DNA of 64,000 bases, from contig CAVZJP010000001.1 in NCBI GenBank assembly GCA_963775565.1, forward strand, positions 50,828-114,827. Reading direction: 5' to 3'. Numbering within the stretch: position 1 is the stretch's first letter; each line of letters opens with the position of its first letter. Origin of the DNA: an uncultured Gammaproteobacteria bacterium. GTDB lineage: Bacteria > Pseudomonadota > Gammaproteobacteria > Steroidobacterales > Steroidobacteraceae. Below the pieces are notes generated by a model, which saw nothing but the letters and a program-made list of their open reading frames with translations, was not told the origin of the DNA and ran no database searches. Below are positions 60,899 to 64,000 of this stretch, one piece after another. The position numbers were made by a program, and so were the translations under genes.

Positions 60899-62144
60899 TC
60901 ATGCAGCGCCAGCCCGTATGGACCTGACCGATCGCGCGACGGCCTCGTTGAGCGTGAGATCCAACAGGTTCCGTTGGGCCTGGCTGCCGCCGAGCCGCCA
61001 CGCGACGGCCGGCAGCTCCCGGAGCAACTGTGCCGCGAGGAAATACTCGCCACGCCCGAAAGCGATGATCGCGCGGCCCGCGGGCACGCCGGCTAGGCGA
61101 GTGGTCTGGCCGTATCGGGTCGAACGTGCCTGCCTTCTCACCATCATAGCCTCCAGGCGGCCGGCGCTGATGCCAGTCGCGGGCCCCCGCGTGCGCCAGC
61201 ATCTCGTGCAAGTCGTTAAAAGTGCAGTACCCATCCTCACTGTGCGACGCCCAGGCCTCGGACAGTTCGCGCCATCGCCGGCCTACATTGCCGCCAGCCA
61301 GCTCGATCCGCCACAGCAGCGCGGAGGCGTCAATTAAGTCGGCGATTTCGGGGGAACGACCGCGGCGTATATGGCGATCGTAGATCTCAAGAGCGCGTCG
61401 CACTTCACCCAGGGTGAGATGGTACAGCGCCCAATGCCACCAACAATGCGTGGCCGCCCCCGTGCCGGTTGACCAGAACGCCTGACGCGATCGCATCCAT
61501 TGGATGCCGGCCGCGGCATCGCCCGTCATCTCATAAACATGCGCCAGCGCGTGGTGGGCACGGACGTCGCGCGGTTCAAGTTCCAGAGCGAACAGCCCGT
61601 GATCGACGCCACTCGTATACCGTCCGCTCTCAACGAGACTGAACGCCTGCATGGCAAGTACCGCGTGATAGCCGGGAAGGTCCTGCGACCACGCCGAGAG
61701 GACCGACGACACGCGTCCTGCCATTGCTTCTACGTCCCCAGTCAGGTAATCAAAGGCATGTCCAATCTGCAGCGCAAGCACGTCGCGTGGATAGTCCTCG
61801 ATCAGTCGATCCATCACATCACGGAGGGCGGGGAAGTCATCGGCTAGAACAGCAGCGATCGCAGTGACGTGCAGTCTCTCTTGCGCCGTCGCGGGCAACT
61901 GAATGGCACGCGCGTGCGCCGCTCGCGCCCTCTGCAGCCGAACCGGATCCCGGCTGGAGAGGGTCAGATACGCGTCGAGTATGTTGGCCATGGTGAACGC
62001 GGGCGCTTGCGCGAGGGCACATTCGAGTTGTTCTTCGACTCCAGTACGCCAGGCGAGGTGCAGGTCCAGTGCTCGCTCGAATGCGTCCAGGGAAACGGGT
62101 GTCGCGCCCGAGACCTCATAGCCACGTCCGTCTCTGAGTCTCAT
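60899..62144 (-). pseudogene. TPR protein of the TTC38-like family, frame broken by one extra base near 61165-61185
   Basis: ORF 60879..62144 reads well up to LHEMLAHAGARDW and then becomes Arg/Pro/Gly junk. The protein continues in ORF 60899..61240 as ISAGRLEAMMVRRQARSTRYGQTTRLAGVPAGRAIIAFGRGEYFLAAQLL ... The span is 1246 nt (3n+1). The family call is from memory. Confidence 0.5.
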
Positions 62145-62147
62145 ACT

Positions 62148-63132
62148 CTACTCCTCGCTGCCCGAGCCGCATTCATTCAGTCTGGCCATGATCGGAGCGA
62201 GCGCCGCTTGTATCCGAGTCATCTGCGTCGCGGTTGTCATGCTCGTGAGCAGCCGACCAAAGTGCCGATGCTGTACGCCCGAGATGATGTACTGCCAGCG
62301 GTAGGCGGCGAGCACCGTGGCCTCTATCTTCGAATGCATCTTCGTCCGAAACGGCGCGACCGACGCTGCCAATGAAGTAGCTTGCGTCCGACTTCGACTG
62401 TGCGTGCAGGATCCCGTCGACGGCCGCCACGAGGGCTATGAAATCGTCCACCGCCCGATCGCGTTCCGAGACTGAAAGCTGCGCATGCTCGGCGGTCCAT
62501 TCAAGTTCATCGAGTATCACGTGCTGGCACTCGTCCTTCCAGTGGTACTTAAATACATCCTTGAAGACCGGGCATAGTTCCTCTCGCGGCGCGATGCTCT
62601 TATCGTAGTGCGACTGCACGAACAGTTCGATGTGGCAGGTAAGCGCCAGCACCGACCACGTGCTTGCGGCGAGCACCACTTGTGCCACGTCGTTGGGATC
62701 TGCGACTTGTCGATAGCCGGGCGCCATGTGCGCGCCAATCATCGTCTCCATGCGCCGGAACAGTTCCTGGTGTTTGATCTCCTCGCTGGAGAAGCGCACG
62801 AGACCTTCGAGGGCCAGTTGGTCGTCGAGGACATGGGCCCGTCCCCGTTCCAGCATCTTGGCGCTGATGAAGCGTTCGACCAGCCCGAAAATGTAGGCGT
62901 ACGTGCGCCCCTGGATCTGACTCAGCAAGCGGGCCTCGTCAGCGGAGAGAAACTCCAATTGATCGACGAGAGACAGTCCGTCGGGTAAAAACTTGCGCGA
63001 GAAATCAAAACTGCGGTCCCGTAGCAGGTCGCGGTCGATCTGCCATTCGGTTTTCTTCGACATTTTGACACAACGGGCGTAGCGGGCGGCACGGCCCGCA
63101 TCGGCAATTACATCGGCGACAGCGGCGTTCAT
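62148..63132 (-). pseudogene. Diiron (ferritin-like) oxygenase of the AurF-like family, frame broken by one extra base near 62348-62365
   Basis: ORF 62173..63132 has two ExxH motifs (SSEEIKHQELF, WKDECQHVILDE) plus additional carboxylates (DEARLLSQIQ, CHIELFVQSHY). The C-terminus continues in ORF 62148..62372 (PFRTKMHSKIEATVLAAYRWQYI ...). The span is 985 nt (3n+1). Confidence 0.5.
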
Positions 63133-63271
63133 AGTTATTACCTTACGTTCGGAGTGATGGAGATGAAATGGTTCCGATCCTTGCGTTCAACTGAGCGCTA
63201 CTCTATAAGTCGCTGCGAAGGTCGTGAATGATCGATTTGCCGGATCTTATGATCGAGGCTCCTGACGCCAC

Positions 63272-64000
63272 ATGGATGCACTTTCAGATGTCTTGCGCGT
63301 TATTCGCCTGTCTGGAGGAGTTTTCCTTGAGGCGGAATTCACTGCACCCTGGTGTATAAGCGGGAAAATCTCCCCGGAGGATTGCAAACCGTACCTGGCA
63401 GCACCGCGTCACGTGATTGCGTCCCACTACGTCGCCTCGGGGCACATGCAAATTCAAGCGGAGGGTAGCGAGGCGATAGAAGTACGCACAGGCGAGATAG
63501 TGCTGCTGCCTCACAACGACGCTCATTGTTTCGGTAGCGAACTCAATCCTGCACCCGTGCCTGCGGGCGAAGTCATTCAACCGCCACAGGACGGCGGACT
63601 CGCACGCATCGTGCATGGCGGGGGCGGTGAAGGCACACAGCTTTTGTGCGGCTTTCTTGGCTGCGACACGCCCTTCAGTCCCCTGCTCGCTGGGTTACCC
63701 AAGATGCTCAAGCTGGACGTAAAAACAACGGCGTCAGGGGCATGGATCGAGAGCACATTCCGCTTCGCCGCGAGCGAGATCGCTGCCGGCCGCCTCGGCT
63801 CCTCCACGGTAATCGCCAAACTATCTGAACTGTTGTTCGTCGAGGCCGTGAACCAATTTGTCGCGAACCTCCCGGCGGAACGGCGCGGATGGCTGGCCGG
63901 ATTGCGCGATCCGCAAGTTGGACGCGCCCTCGCCTCGATCCATGCGCGTCCAACGGAAGAATGGACGGCGGAGTCGCTGGCCCACGAGGTGGGCATGTCG
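63272..64000 (+). CDS. AraC-family transcriptional regulator with N-terminal cupin-type sensor domain (3' end beyond the right window edge)
   Basis: Absent from the ORF track because it is open at the edge. The ATG at 63272 opens a stop-free 243-codon frame: MDALSDVLRVIRLSGGVFLEAEFTAPWCISGK ... LLPHNDAHCFGS ... LSELLFVEAV ... DPQVGRALASIHARPTEEWTAESLAHEVGMS. The HTH domain is only beginning at the window end. Confidence 0.8.
   Translation, partial: MDALSDVLRVIRLSGGVFLEAEFTAPWCISGKISPEDCKPYLAAPRHVIASHYVASGHMQIQAEGSEAIEVRTGEIVLLPHNDAHCFGSELNPAPVPAGEVIQPPQDGGLARIVHGGGGEGTQLLCGFLGCDTPFSPLLAGLPKMLKLDVKTTASGAWIESTFRFAASEIAAGRLGSSTVIAKLSELLFVEAVNQFVANLPAERRGWLAGLRDPQVGRALASIHARPTEEWTAESLAHEVGMS

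Noticed and set aside
5030-62365. Programmed ribosomal frameshifting or transcriptional slippage at the 13 frame breaks
   Set aside because: The sites share no slippery heptamer, no long homopolymer and no downstream structure. They hit unrelated genes in both directions (+1 and -1). Random indel error is the more economical explanation.
63284-63616. 110-aa minus-strand ORF and 139-aa ORF 63577..63996(-)
   Set aside because: Both are antisense to the clearly recognisable AraC/cupin regulator frame that starts at 63272 and is open to the window end.
60647-64000. Integrated genomic island at tRNA-Thr
   Set aside because: No integrase, transposase or phage gene is present, and there is no direct repeat of the tRNA 3' end within the window. 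Only an inverted T-arm fragment is seen. It is reported as a possible scar, not as a mobile element.
1-64000. CRISPR arrays, IS elements, rRNA genes, prophage or defence-system genes
   Set aside because: Scanning by eye found no spaced direct-repeat arrays and no transposase, integrase or recombinase-like ORFs. I also found no rRNA-like conserved stretches and no recognisable defence or toxin-antitoxin modules.

Overview
GC-rich chromosomal segment that looks gammaproteobacterial (Pseudomonas/Xanthomonas-like fimV, asd-paralogue and aroC-prmB synteny). It is densely coded with core genes and I could support no mobile element, CRISPR array or rRNA. In order it contains: fimV (5' part, truncated at the left edge), asd paralogue, aroC, prmB; a translationally coupled sco1-psd-epmA set convergent with efp; a FimX-like REC-PAS-GGDEF-EAL gene; parE-parC; a PlpD-like patatin/Omp85 (type Vd) gene followed by a large lipoprotein gene; aguA; icd; an HDOD / PLP-enzyme / HDOD / sthA string; a 1301-aa DUF3683-type flavo-iron-sulfur oxidoreductase followed by a halogenase-like flavoprotein; a long polyamine block (puuD-puuA-potFGHI, divergent puuB); several secreted hypotheticals; rlmKL; a DnaQ/GIY-YIG (Cho-like) nuclease; aguB; a PuuR-like regulator divergent from an omega-aminotransferase; OmpA-like, yhhQ and degenerate-EAL genes; an RND pump with its adaptor; MscS-like and DoxX genes; tRNA-Thr(UGU); then a TTC38-like / AurF-like diiron oxygenase pair with a divergent AraC regulator that runs off the right edge. 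The most consequential observation is technical. Thirteen single-base indels interrupt twelve well-conserved genes, including parC and efp. This pattern fits consensus or assembly error better than real pseudogenisation, so the ORF track fragments or fuses these genes. Two edge-truncated genes (fimV, araC-type) are missing from the ORF track and were read directly from the sequence. I do not see a convincing new system such as a defence island, toxin module or biosynthetic cluster. The best candidates for follow-up are the HDOD-metabolic enzyme operon, the tRNA-adjacent AurF-like/TTC38/AraC module, the PlpD-like/giant lipoprotein pair and the DUF3683/halogenase-like pair. All family assignments come from motif recognition by eye, not from database searches.
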